The notes below the pieces were generated by a model. The model saw only the letters and a program-made list of their open reading frames with translations, did no database searches and was not told the DNA's origin. From a virus (lineage: Duplodnaviria > Caudoviricetes), in IMG/VR virus record IMGVR_UViG_3300037420_000233, positions 1 to 25,774 of that record: DNA of 25,774 nt. One strand, written 5' to 3'. Shown in pieces: positions 1-6,774 of the stretch (its first letter is position 1; every line of letters starts with the position of its first letter). Both the position numbers and the translations under genes were made by a program.

Positions 1-36
1 CCCGACGCATCCGCCGATCACTGCGGCGGCCAGCAT
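1..36 (-). CDS. Possible 5' end of a gene running off the window (MLAAAVIGGCVG...)
   Basis: ATG at 36 (or GTG at 48) is followed by GC3-rich hydrophobic codons. Only 12-16 codons are visible. Confidence 0.3.
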   Translation of the reverse strand, partial: MLAAAVIGGCVG

Positions 37-129
37 GTCAGGACTCACGTCTTGCGCTCGCACACACGGCACCCCCCATAGAGCAAGGCCCCCACCCTGC
101 CCCCTGGCTCACCGGACGAGCTTTCACGC

Positions 130-285
130 TCACTTGCGGATAGTAGAGCTGGAGCTTTCCCGACCAATTGAGCGCTGAACACGACGCAACCGATAGAGCG
201 GCAAGCCCCACAAGAACCAGCACCGCACAATCGCTACCAACGCGCCGACGATCACGCCTTCGATCAGGAAGGAGAGAACCCACAT
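130..285 (-). CDS. Small membrane protein, 51 aa (MWVLSFLIEGVIVGALVAIVRCWFLWGLPLYRLRR...)
   Basis: GGAGG lies 4 nt upstream of ATG 285. The first half has GC3-rich codons, and an N-terminal hydrophobic segment is followed by a basic tail. This is the C-terminal part of track ORF 130..405. Confidence 0.55.
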   Translation of the reverse strand: MWVLSFLIEGVIVGALVAIVRCWFLWGLPLYRLRRVQRSIGRESSSSTIRK

Positions 286-304
286 TGAGCCTCCGGTGTT
301 GGGG

Positions 305-1396
305 TTAGGCGTACTTCCGCCGCAGGACGTGCATGCCCTCGAAGCTGAACGAGTGGACGCGACCACCCCAGACGGTGAAGCGGCAGATCCCGCTTTCCCA
401 GTCACCAGGGTTCTTACGCGCGTAGCCCTCGATGTAGCCGGGTGGCAGGGCCGTGGCGGTCCCGAACACCCGTGGCGACTTGACCGGCCCTATCTTGGGC
501 GCGGAGGCGACATAGAACTTGTGGTCGTCGCCGCGGATGATGTCGAACATGGCGTCATTGGCGGCGCGCTGGCCGCCAGTCTTGCCGCCATAGGTCTTGT
601 TGGCGGTTCCAGGGATCAGCGGCGCGTGGATCAGGCCGACGCCGCCGATGAAGCGATATTCGCCGAACGGCGTGGTTCGCCAGCCCCATTGCGCGAATGC
701 TTCATCAATCGCCATGGCGGGGTCAATGGCGCCGCCAACCACCTCGCGATGGAGATTCGCCCAGCGCTTCGGCCGCTCCCCATCGTGGTTGCCGTAGGTG
801 ATGTCTTTCTTTGGTCTCCAGTCTCCGAGGCCCCGCTGAAACGCTCGCTGGCTCTCGTGGAAGCTGTCGAGGTCTTGCTGAAATGACGGCTTGGCGAAGC
901 CCTCGAAGGTCGCCGGGTCCGTATGGGTTGAGAGGCTATCCAGGGTCAGCCAATCCCCGATCGACACCACCCATGGGATTTGGTGTTCGGCGATGTAGCG
1001 GCCCATCCATTCGAACCGCGACTTGTCGGCAAGGTGTGGGCTGTCGTGTGCATCACCGATCACCGCGAGCTCTATCGGTTCGCCTTCGGGCGGCGGCTCG
1101 ACGGTGTGATCCTGCGTGGGGATCGCCGGTTGGCCGGGCGGAATGTGCTGATAGACCTTGGGCCTGTAGAGCGTCTCGTCGGGCGTCAGGCCGTAGAGAT
1201 CGGCGGCGACCCTCAGGCGGGAGGCAAAACCGCTGCGGGTCTGGATGAACCCGTCACCGATCGCCTTCTGAGCTGCCGCCTCGACGGCGGATTTCCCCTG
1301 GCCCACGTTCTGCGGAACACAGCCGGCGCGAAGCTCAGCCTCGACGCGGGCGACGGTCTCTTGCGCTAGTTCAAGGCGCAGCCGGGGCGTGCCCAT
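305..1396 (-). CDS. Calcineurin-like metallophosphoesterase, 363 aa
   Basis: Ordered motifs IGDAH (DxH), IGDWLTLD (GDxxD-like), YGNHD, LIHAP and RGDDH (variant of GHxH). The start overlaps the upstream stop (TAATG). Confidence 0.85.
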   Translation of the reverse strand: MGTPRLRLELAQETVARVEAELRAGCVPQNVGQGKSAVEAAAQKAIGDGFIQTRSGFASRLRVAADLYGLTPDETLYRPKVYQHIPPGQPAIPTQDHTVEPPPEGEPIELAVIGDAHDSPHLADKSRFEWMGRYIAEHQIPWVVSIGDWLTLDSLSTHTDPATFEGFAKPSFQQDLDSFHESQRAFQRGLGDWRPKKDITYGNHDGERPKRWANLHREVVGGAIDPAMAIDEAFAQWGWRTTPFGEYRFIGGVGLIHAPLIPGTANKTYGGKTGGQRAANDAMFDIIRGDDHKFYVASAPKIGPVKSPRVFGTATALPPGYIEGYARKNPGDWESGICRFTVWGGRVHSFSFEGMHVLRRKYA

Positions 1397-1542
1397 TAGC
1401 CCTCCGTCTCGTCAACGGCGTCGATGACGCCCGGGTCGGGTTCTTCAATGTCGCCTTCGACCGGAATGCCGATCTGGCGCGCCCAGCGTTTGCGGCGGGT
1501 GCTGTACTTCCGCTGCAAGGCTTCCGCCTCGTCAGGGGTCAA
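1396..1542 (-). CDS. Hypothetical protein, 48 aa (MTPDEAEALQRKYSTRRKRWARQIG...DETEG)
   Basis: The TTG start overlaps the endolysin stop (TTGA) and the TAA overlaps the next ATG, so it fills the gap exactly. It has a basic first half and an acidic second half. This is the 3' part of track ORF 1396..1626. Confidence 0.6.
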   Translation of the reverse strand: MTPDEAEALQRKYSTRRKRWARQIGIPVEGDIEEPDPGVIDAVDETEG

Positions 1543-2027
1543 CCGAGGCCCTTTTCGCAGAGGGCGCGCTCGGCGGCCCGGCGCGTCACCAGCCCCGGCA
1601 GCTTCACCTTGCCGGCGAACACCCACTTGGAGAGATCGGCGCAGGCCCCGGCCAAATCCCCGCCCCTCGCCCTGGCGGACACGCCGGATGAGCAGAACCG
1701 GGCAGACCCGATGTTGAAGGCAAAGCTGATGAAGGCCGCTCGGGTGTCCTGCGGCAGGTCAGGCGGCAGGCACGGGGCGATCTCAAGCCCATGCTTCACG
1801 GCGTCTTCGGCCAGCCACTTCACGCACTGTTCGGGGGTGTAGACCTTGCCGATCTCGACGCCGCCGGTGTGGCCCCAACACCCGGTCGGAAGTTCTGCGC
1901 CGACGCCCGGGTCAGGGTATCCTCTCGGCACATACCCCTCGCGCTCGGCGATTAGGGGAACTGCTATCGCCGCCGCGGCCAGGACCGCAGCCACCCCCGC
2001 CGCCGCCTGTTTGGGGTTGAGCGCCAT
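1539..2027 (-). CDS. Endolysin, GH24 phage lysozyme with N-terminal SAR-like segment, 162 aa
   Basis: True start is ATG 2027 (TGATG overlap). It has an Ala/Gly-rich weakly hydrophobic N-terminus (AAAGVAAVLAAAAIAVPLIA), catalytic region EGYVPRGYPD...TGCWGHT, and motifs SFAFNIG and LPGLVTRRAAERALC. Confidence 0.95.
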   Translation of the reverse strand: MALNPKQAAAGVAAVLAAAAIAVPLIAEREGYVPRGYPDPGVGAELPTGCWGHTGGVEIGKVYTPEQCVKWLAEDAVKHGLEIAPCLPPDLPQDTRAAFISFAFNIGSARFCSSGVSARARGGDLAGACADLSKWVFAGKVKLPGLVTRRAAERALCEKGLG

Positions 2028-2455
2028 CAGTGCGCCGCCATCAGCGCCGCCCAGAACGCTTTCGCGCCGGCAACGACAGCTGGCGCCGTGATCTGGATCA
2101 GCATGACAGCGCCGCCGACCGAGCCGAGCGCGCCCACGATGATCTTCCACATGGGCTGGCCCCGCCAAGAGGCCCGCACCTTCTCGCCCCGCGCCTTCTT
2201 CTCGATCCCGAGGGCCTGGGCGAATGTGCCGAGACGCCGCTCGATGATCCCGCGCCACTCCTCGAACCCGGAGAATTCGGAGCGGAGGTTTCTCACATCG
2301 CGCTCCATGCGGTGCACGCACTCGTGTGTTCGCTGAACGGCCTCCAGGACCGCGACCTGCAATTCGCGGTCGGACAGGCCCCTTGGCTCGACGGGTGTGA
2401 AATCCACGACCTGGCCCCTCGCCTTGCGGGATTTCAGAGCGACAGTGCGAGGCAT
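2027..2455 (-). CDS. Putative holin (soluble coiled-coil N-terminus, C-terminal hydrophobic helices), up to 142 aa
   Basis: Lies directly upstream of and coupled to the endolysin. Hydrophobic stretch WKIIVGALGSVGGAVMLIQITAPAVVAGAKAFWAALM. The start codon is uncertain because there is no strong SD at 2455. Confidence 0.55.
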   Translation of the reverse strand: MPRTVALKSRKARGQVVDFTPVEPRGLSDRELQVAVLEAVQRTHECVHRMERDVRNLRSEFSGFEEWRGIIERRLGTFAQALGIEKKARGEKVRASWRGQPMWKIIVGALGSVGGAVMLIQITAPAVVAGAKAFWAALMAAH

Positions 2456-2490
2456 GGGTGCGCGCTCGCCACCGTGGGGCGGGTTGACAT
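2434..2490 (-). CDS. Candidate 18-aa leader/uORF (MSTRPTVASAHPCLALSL) overlapping the holin start out of frame
   Basis: AAGGAG (2505-2500) lies 9 nt upstream of ATG 2490. The TGA is at 2436-2434. Confidence 0.4.
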   Translation of the reverse strand: MSTRPTVASAHPCLALSL

Positions 2491-2512
2491 GAGGCGAGGC
2501 TCCTTGGGGGTG

Positions 2513-2540
2513 TTCAGCTAAGCCGGAACGTGGTTAGATC
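2513..2540 (+). promoter_or_regulatory. Candidate sigma70-family promoter for the plus-strand 55-aa gene (possibly leaderless)
   Basis: TTCAGC (2513-2518), a 16-nt spacer, then TAGATC (2535-2540). The ATG lies 6 nt downstream with no SD. Confidence 0.35.
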
Positions 2541-2546
2541 GCAGCC

Positions 2547-2714
2547 ATGCGGACGGCTCTGCGAAACATCGCGAACCTGCCAAAAGAGGCGAAGGTTCAG
2601 TACTTGGCGATCCTGCTGTGCGTGTTCGTCGTCTGCTGGTCGCTGGCCGCGATGTTCTGGAAGGATGTGAAGGCGGCGTGGGCCGCTTGGGAGGCTTGTG
2701 GCTTCCTCTGCTAG
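2547..2714 (+). CDS. Small membrane protein, 55 aa, opposite strand (not in ORF track)
   Basis: MRTALRNIANLPKEAKVQYLAILLCVFVVCWSLAAMFWKDVKAAWAAWEACGFLC. It has one clear TM helix and GC3-rich codons, and fills the gap between the fibre stop (2720) and the holin region. Confidence 0.75.
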   Translation: MRTALRNIANLPKEAKVQYLAILLCVFVVCWSLAAMFWKDVKAAWAAWEACGFLC

Positions 2715-2719
2715 AGACT

Positions 2720-4429
2720 CTACTGCCCAACCTTCTGAATCCAAAAGTTCGAACGGCTTGCCGTGATGTCTATGGACGTATCGGCCGCGGAAAGCAGTTG
2801 CGCCTCAACGTAGTCGCCGGCCACGAGGAGTACGGGGCCGGTATTCGTTGCCACCGTGGGGCTGTTGGCGGCCGCGCTCACGTACTGCGACGCGCTGCCA
2901 TCCCACGCGAGGCTACCGTTCTTGAGGAGCGCGAGCTGGAGATAATTACTCGTCGTCACGTTGGTGGCGCGGATGGCCACGCCAACAGTATAGTAGCCAT
3001 CGCCGCCTGAAGGGATCGTAAAGCGGGTGTTGTTGGTCACATTATCATGGAAGCCGTCAGTGTCGTAGATTTCGGCGTCCCACGCGATCGATGTAATGGT
3101 CGTGTAGTTCGCGCCGGTCTGGTCGGCGGACTTCTTGACCATCGCGCCGACGAACGCGACGCCTGGCAGCGAGGCAGGGGCCGACCAGATGGGATCGGCG
3201 CCCGAGCCCTGGGTCTTCAGGACATAGCTTGCCGTACCAGCGGCAAGTCGCGCCCAACCTGATGCGCTCCGATAGAGGATGTCGCCCTGCGCCGCCGAGC
3301 CGATGAAATCCAGCACGTCGGAGAGCGTGCATTCTTCCGGGTCGCCGGCGCTGGCGGTCTTGCGTCCCAAGATACGCGATGCCGCCGAAACGTTCTGCAT
3401 CTTCGCGTAGGTGACGGTATCGTTGGGGATTGTGGTGCCGTTCGAGCCGGCCGAAGCGGTGACGTCGCCTGTCAGAGCTGAGCGCTGGATACCGCCCGAA
3501 CCCGTGAACTCCAAGCCGCCGCCGACCGTCAGTTCCTCCGGGTCGCCGGAACTGGCCGTATCGCGTCCGATCAGGCGATCCGTTGCGATGTTCTGCATCT
3601 TCGCGAACGTCACGACATCGTTGTCGATAGTCCAGGTGGCGCCCGAACTGGTGACGGTGATATCGCCTTTGTCGCCATCCGTTACGCCGCCACCGCCTGT
3701 CGCGCTGAGCGTCCCGCCGGAGAACAACAGGCCCGTCCCGATGGTGACGGCCGACCAGGTGGAAACGCCCGAGCGGTAATAGATCGTATCCGTGCCCGAC
3801 AGCGCCTCAAGCGCGGCCAGATCGTTCGCGAGCGCAAGCGTGGGGTTCCCTGACACCCCGTCGCCGTTGCTCACCGTTAAGCCTGCGGCCGGGCCGGTCA
3901 GGGTCCGCAGGGCGTAGGTGTTCGCGGCCGTGCGGGTGACGAGTCCGGTGGAGGACAATGCCGCGAGCGCGGTCAGGTCCGCATCGAGAGGCTGAGCGCC
4001 AAGCGTCGTGAGCATGTCGCCCGTCGTCGCATCGTCCAGCAGCGTCCGCGCCGCGGCGGTCAATGTCGTCAGCGCCGCTGTGGTCGCGCCCGTGTAGTAC
4101 GCCAGCTTGTCGGCGGTCGGCGTCAGGCCATCGATGGCGTCGATAGGCGCAGGAATGCTCAGGAGGTCGGCATAGAGGCCGGTGAACGTCTGTCGCGCCG
4201 GATAGAGCAACGCGGCATCCTCGGCGGCCTGCTGCGCCGTCTCGACGTCCGTTTGAAGTTCGGCGATGTCGTTCTGGATTTGTGTGACGTCGAGGCCGCT
4301 TGTGGTCGTCTCGATGCCGAAGACCTTGCGGAACAGGAGGTCCAGGTTGTCCGCGGCCGCGCGACCGTTCTGTGGGTCGAGCCGCATGATCCACTGGCGC
4401 ACCGACGCCATGTCGGGGATTTGCGCCAC
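2720..4429 (-). CDS. Tail fibre / tail-needle-like protein with C-terminal C1q/TNF-like tip, 569 aa
   Basis: N-terminal heptad coiled coil (VTQIQNDIAELQTDVETAQQAAE). The shaft has Thr/Ala/Gly-rich fibre motifs (QPLDADLTALAAL, TVSNGDGVSGNPTLAL, AQGDILYR). The beta-rich tip contains AWDAEIYDTDGFHD...RFTIP...GYY...LLKNG...LVAGDYVE. Confidence 0.85.
   Translation of the reverse strand: MAQIPDMASVRQWIMRLDPQNGRAAADNLDLLFRKVFGIETTTSGLDVTQIQNDIAELQTDVETAQQAAEDAALLYPARQTFTGLYADLLSIPAPIDAIDGLTPTADKLAYYTGATTAALTTLTAAARTLLDDATTGDMLTTLGAQPLDADLTALAALSSTGLVTRTAANTYALRTLTGPAAGLTVSNGDGVSGNPTLALANDLAALEALSGTDTIYYRSGVSTWSAVTIGTGLLFSGGTLSATGGGGVTDGDKGDITVTSSGATWTIDNDVVTFAKMQNIATDRLIGRDTASSGDPEELTVGGGLEFTGSGGIQRSALTGDVTASAGSNGTTIPNDTVTYAKMQNVSAASRILGRKTASAGDPEECTLSDVLDFIGSAAQGDILYRSASGWARLAAGTASYVLKTQGSGADPIWSAPASLPGVAFVGAMVKKSADQTGANYTTITSIAWDAEIYDTDGFHDNVTNNTRFTIPSGGDGYYTVGVAIRATNVTTSNYLQLALLKNGSLAWDGSASQYVSAAANSPTVATNTGPVLLVAGDYVEAQLLSAADTSIDITASRSNFWIQKVGQ
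3324..3631 (-). repeat. Internal duplication in fibre shaft (TIxNDxVTxAKMQN...R(L/I)(I/L)GRxTASxGDPEExT), period 198 nt
   Basis: The exact 16-mer GTTCTGCATCTTCGCG occurs at 3392-3407 and 3590-3605, and both copies are clear at the protein level. Confidence 0.9.
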
Positions 4430-4758
4430 TACGACTGCTCCCGCGTGGAGAGCGCGAAAGCCCCCACCCCTCCCGTGGAGGCGAGCGCATAGAGAGAGGA
4501 GCCGGGGTTGAGGTTGACCCCGGCCAGCGATAGGCGCGTGGTCACTCCGGCCGGACAGGACGCCGTTTTGAGGATCAGGTTGCCGTCAGCCGGCGCCGCG
4601 CCATCCGGTACACGCCACAGCGTCACGGTGATATCGGACGCGCTGTTGTTCGTCACCCGCCCATCGTCAACCTGCGCGGTGGAGCCAGTCGGAACGAGAT
4701 AGACCTCCGCCGCCGCCGATTGGAGCGTCGCCGTGGTCTCCTTGAAGATGACCGCCAC
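4429..4758 (-). CDS. Small beta-rich virion structural protein, 109 aa
   Basis: GTG start with GGAGG 5 nt upstream. Pattern YLVPTG...VTNNSASDITVTLWRVP...LNPG is typical of small phage tail-associated proteins. TAGTG coupling to the fibre. Confidence 0.7.
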   Translation of the reverse strand: MAVIFKETTATLQSAAAEVYLVPTGSTAQVDDGRVTNNSASDITVTLWRVPDGAAPADGNLILKTASCPAGVTTRLSLAGVNLNPGSSLYALASTGGVGAFALSTREQS

Positions 4759-4932
4759 CTAGTCCTCCACCGGATGGATGATCTGGGAGTGGACCTTGGC
4801 GTTCTGACGCCGGGCGGGCGCCGTCCCGTTCGGATCAAAGGCGATCACGATGTCCAGCTTGGAGACGTGGGCCGAGTCGTCCTCCTGGTTGCCCCAGCCC
4901 ACGACGAGATCGAGCTTGGTGACCTCGCTCAT
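4759..4932 (-). CDS. Small hypothetical virion protein, 57 aa (not in ORF track)
   Basis: MSEVTKLDLVVGWGNQEDDSAHVSKLDIVIAFDPNGTAPARRQNAKVHSQIIHPVED. ATGA overlap upstream, TAG abutting the next GTG, high GC3, and an internal repeat VTKLDLVV / VSKLDIVI. Confidence 0.8.
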   Translation of the reverse strand: MSEVTKLDLVVGWGNQEDDSAHVSKLDIVIAFDPNGTAPARRQNAKVHSQIIHPVED

Positions 4933-5912
4933 GCGACGCTCCGAACCCCGAACTCATCGGGCAGATCGGCCCAAGCCGAGGACGTCGAGGGATCGGTTTC
5001 CCAGATGCCGCCCTTCGGGGCATAGCCGGGGATCAGCGCCTTGGAGTCCGCAGGGTAGTTGGTGGAGCCGATCCTAAGCAACGCACGCTGGTTCTGCGGC
5101 CCGGTGGCCCCGGCCTTGGAGCGGGCGGAGACACCCACCGCATCGATCGCCCAGGCGTTGGCGTTGGCGGTGCTGTAGGTGAAGGTACGATCTTCGCCGG
5201 CCGACGACGTGCTGATCCCATCAACGTCGGAGAAGGTGATGTCATCCACGGTGGAGAAATCGCCGGCGCCCCAGCCGAGGTTCGCTGCGCTGTTGCCGGT
5301 CGGGCGGCGCGTCTCGAACCGCTTGCCGATCAGCGAATGCGAGGCGGCGGCCACTTCGCTCCAGTAGGCCCGCGGCGAGCTGGCCGAATGCGACCCGCCG
5401 AACCGGACATAGGCCCCACCCGCGAAGCCCGCATGGTTCAGGCCCGAGACGGATAGCTTCTGCGTCCCGTTGATGTAGAAGCTGAAGCTGCCCGACGCCG
5501 TGTTGCCGACCAGGTTGAGGTCCAGCGTGCGGACATTGCCGGTCGATCCTGTGGCCGTGCCAACCTCAGTCATGACGCCGCCTTGCAGGGTGGACCATTT
5601 GTAGTTGAACACGCCGCTGGAGGTGTAGACTGGCCGGCAGCGGGCCACGACCACGCCCGCCGAGGACAGGACCTCGATGCAGTCGGCGGTGGAGAAGAAG
5701 CCGTCGCCGTTGTCGTTGTAGTGGCAGGCGTGAATCCACAGGTCGGCCGCGTCCGCCCAATGCTCGCTCTCGAACCCGGAGTGTGCCGCGGCCACCTTGA
5801 TCGCAAAGGTGTTGATGTCCGTCTGGTAGCCGCCTTCCGTGCTCTCGTAGGCGTTGGAATCGAGCGGCGAGAACCGGGACATCGACGCCCCGCCGAGGAA
5901 CAGGAAGCTCAT
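4929..5912 (-). CDS. Putative virion appendage protein with predicted lectin/concanavalin-like beta-sandwich, 327 aa
   Basis: Beta-rich and Ser/Thr/Gly-rich. The GSFSFYINGTQKL strand is typical of ConA/LamG-like folds, and the C-terminus is WETDPSTSSAW...EFGV. ATGA coupling on both sides. Confidence 0.55.
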   Translation of the reverse strand: MSFLFLGGASMSRFSPLDSNAYESTEGGYQTDINTFAIKVAAAHSGFESEHWADAADLWIHACHYNDNGDGFFSTADCIEVLSSAGVVVARCRPVYTSSGVFNYKWSTLQGGVMTEVGTATGSTGNVRTLDLNLVGNTASGSFSFYINGTQKLSVSGLNHAGFAGGAYVRFGGSHSASSPRAYWSEVAAASHSLIGKRFETRRPTGNSAANLGWGAGDFSTVDDITFSDVDGISTSSAGEDRTFTYSTANANAWAIDAVGVSARSKAGATGPQNQRALLRIGSTNYPADSKALIPGYAPKGGIWETDPSTSSAWADLPDEFGVRSVA

Positions 5913-6571
5913 GCCAGGTCCCCGATCAGCGTGGCGTCGAAGTAGTTGAACGTGTCGTCGGCGTCAGTCGGCGCCCAGAACGAGATGTTGTCGGAGATCT
6001 CGCCCTGTACCTCCGCGCCCAGCGCCGTTGCGAACGTGACGACACCCGTGGTCAGGTAGGTGATGGTTCCGACGCTCTCCCCGGTATCCACCGAAGTCGC
6101 ATTGCGGCGGACATCGATGTCCGCGTCCGCAGTCGGCTTGCCGGCGGTCATGACGTGACCGAGCGAGGCGGCGAAGTTGACCGGCCAGGTCACCGCCTTG
6201 GTGAGCGTGTGGCTTCCGAGAAGCTGGCTGGCGGTGGGAGGGCCGCTGCTGGCGAACTCCAGCTGGATCAGGTATTGGCCCGCTCCGGTCGCCGTCTCGT
6301 CAGCGATGACGACGTTATCTTCCGAGTAGAGCTCGACCCCAACGGCGTCGGTCCACACGAACTTGTAGGCAAGGCCCTTGGTCAGCCAGACGTGGGCCTG
6401 GCCGGAACTGTCGAACATGATGGGGTTGGCGTTTGCCGTCCCGTCCGCGTCGGCGTAGGTCGCCTGGTCGGTCGTGGTTCCTGCGGCGTAGGTGTGGAGC
6501 TTGCCGCCGGCATTGAGGAACCCGTCGAGGTCCCAATCAATGTCGCGCAGGTCGAGCTTCGCAAGGGCCAT
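5909..6571 (-). CDS. Tailspike head-binding (virion-anchor) domain protein / adaptor, 220 aa
   Basis: The N-terminal GGKLHTYAAGTTTDQATYAD...NANPIMFDSSGQAHVWL...YKF resembles the anchor domain of P22-like tailspikes. A short C-terminal beta domain follows, with no catalytic beta-helix. Confidence 0.7.
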   Translation of the reverse strand: MALAKLDLRDIDWDLDGFLNAGGKLHTYAAGTTTDQATYADADGTANANPIMFDSSGQAHVWLTKGLAYKFVWTDAVGVELYSEDNVVIADETATGAGQYLIQLEFASSGPPTASQLLGSHTLTKAVTWPVNFAASLGHVMTAGKPTADADIDVRRNATSVDTGESVGTITYLTTGVVTFATALGAEVQGEISDNISFWAPTDADDTFNYFDATLIGDLA

Positions 6572-6588
6572 GCGTTCGGCTCCGCGTT

Positions 6589-6774
6589 GTGGTAATCAGG
6601 GGTGTGGAAGACGGTGAGAAACCCCGCGTCATCGACGCGAAGTTCAAGGTGATCCGGCCTCGGCCTCAGCCGCGGATCTGGTTCGATTGGCGAAACTTCC
6701 TGATCGTCGGAGCGCTTAGCGCTGCGGCGCTTGCGAAGCCGCTGCTAGCGCATTTCCTGCCAGGCTTCCGGTGA
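6589..6774 (+). CDS. Small membrane protein, 56-61 aa, opposite strand; candidate superinfection-exclusion factor
   Basis: ...PRVIDAKFKVIRPRPQPRIWFDWRNFLIVGALSAAALAKPLLAHFLPGFR has a C-terminal hydrophobic helix. It fills the 144-nt gap. The start is GTG 6589 or 6604, and the 3' end overlaps the last ejection gene by 59 nt. Confidence 0.65.
   Translation: MVIRGVEDGEKPRVIDAKFKVIRPRPQPRIWFDWRNFLIVGALSAAALAKPLLAHFLPGFR

Noticed and set aside
2028-2321. Long N-terminal extension of the endolysin in the ORF track (likewise upstream extensions of the portal, TerS, 12499..15291 and 18928..19710)
   Set aside because: The extensions overlap real upstream genes and are Arg/Gly-rich off-frame sequence. 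Coupled or SD-supported starts lie downstream.
2484-2512. Perfect TTGACA -35 hexamer on the plus strand
   Set aside because: There is no -10 element at 16-18 nt spacing (GGGGTG). The hexamer is mostly the reverse complement of the uORF start ATGTCAA.
2514-3010. Track ORFs 2514..2744 (-), 2518..2730 (-) and 2618..3010 (+)
   Set aside because: Poor composition and no SD. The region is better explained by the 55-aa plus-strand gene and the fibre C-terminus.
3324-3631. Fibre repeat as a diversity-generating retroelement TR/VR pair or inversion system
   Set aside because: Both copies are in-frame coding direct repeats with differences not restricted to adenines. No reverse transcriptase or invertase is in the window.
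4653-5077. Track ORFs 4653..4838, 4835..5023, 4720..5025 and 4850..5077
   Set aside because: Off-frame or antisense to the coupled 57-aa gene at 4759..4932 and its neighbours.
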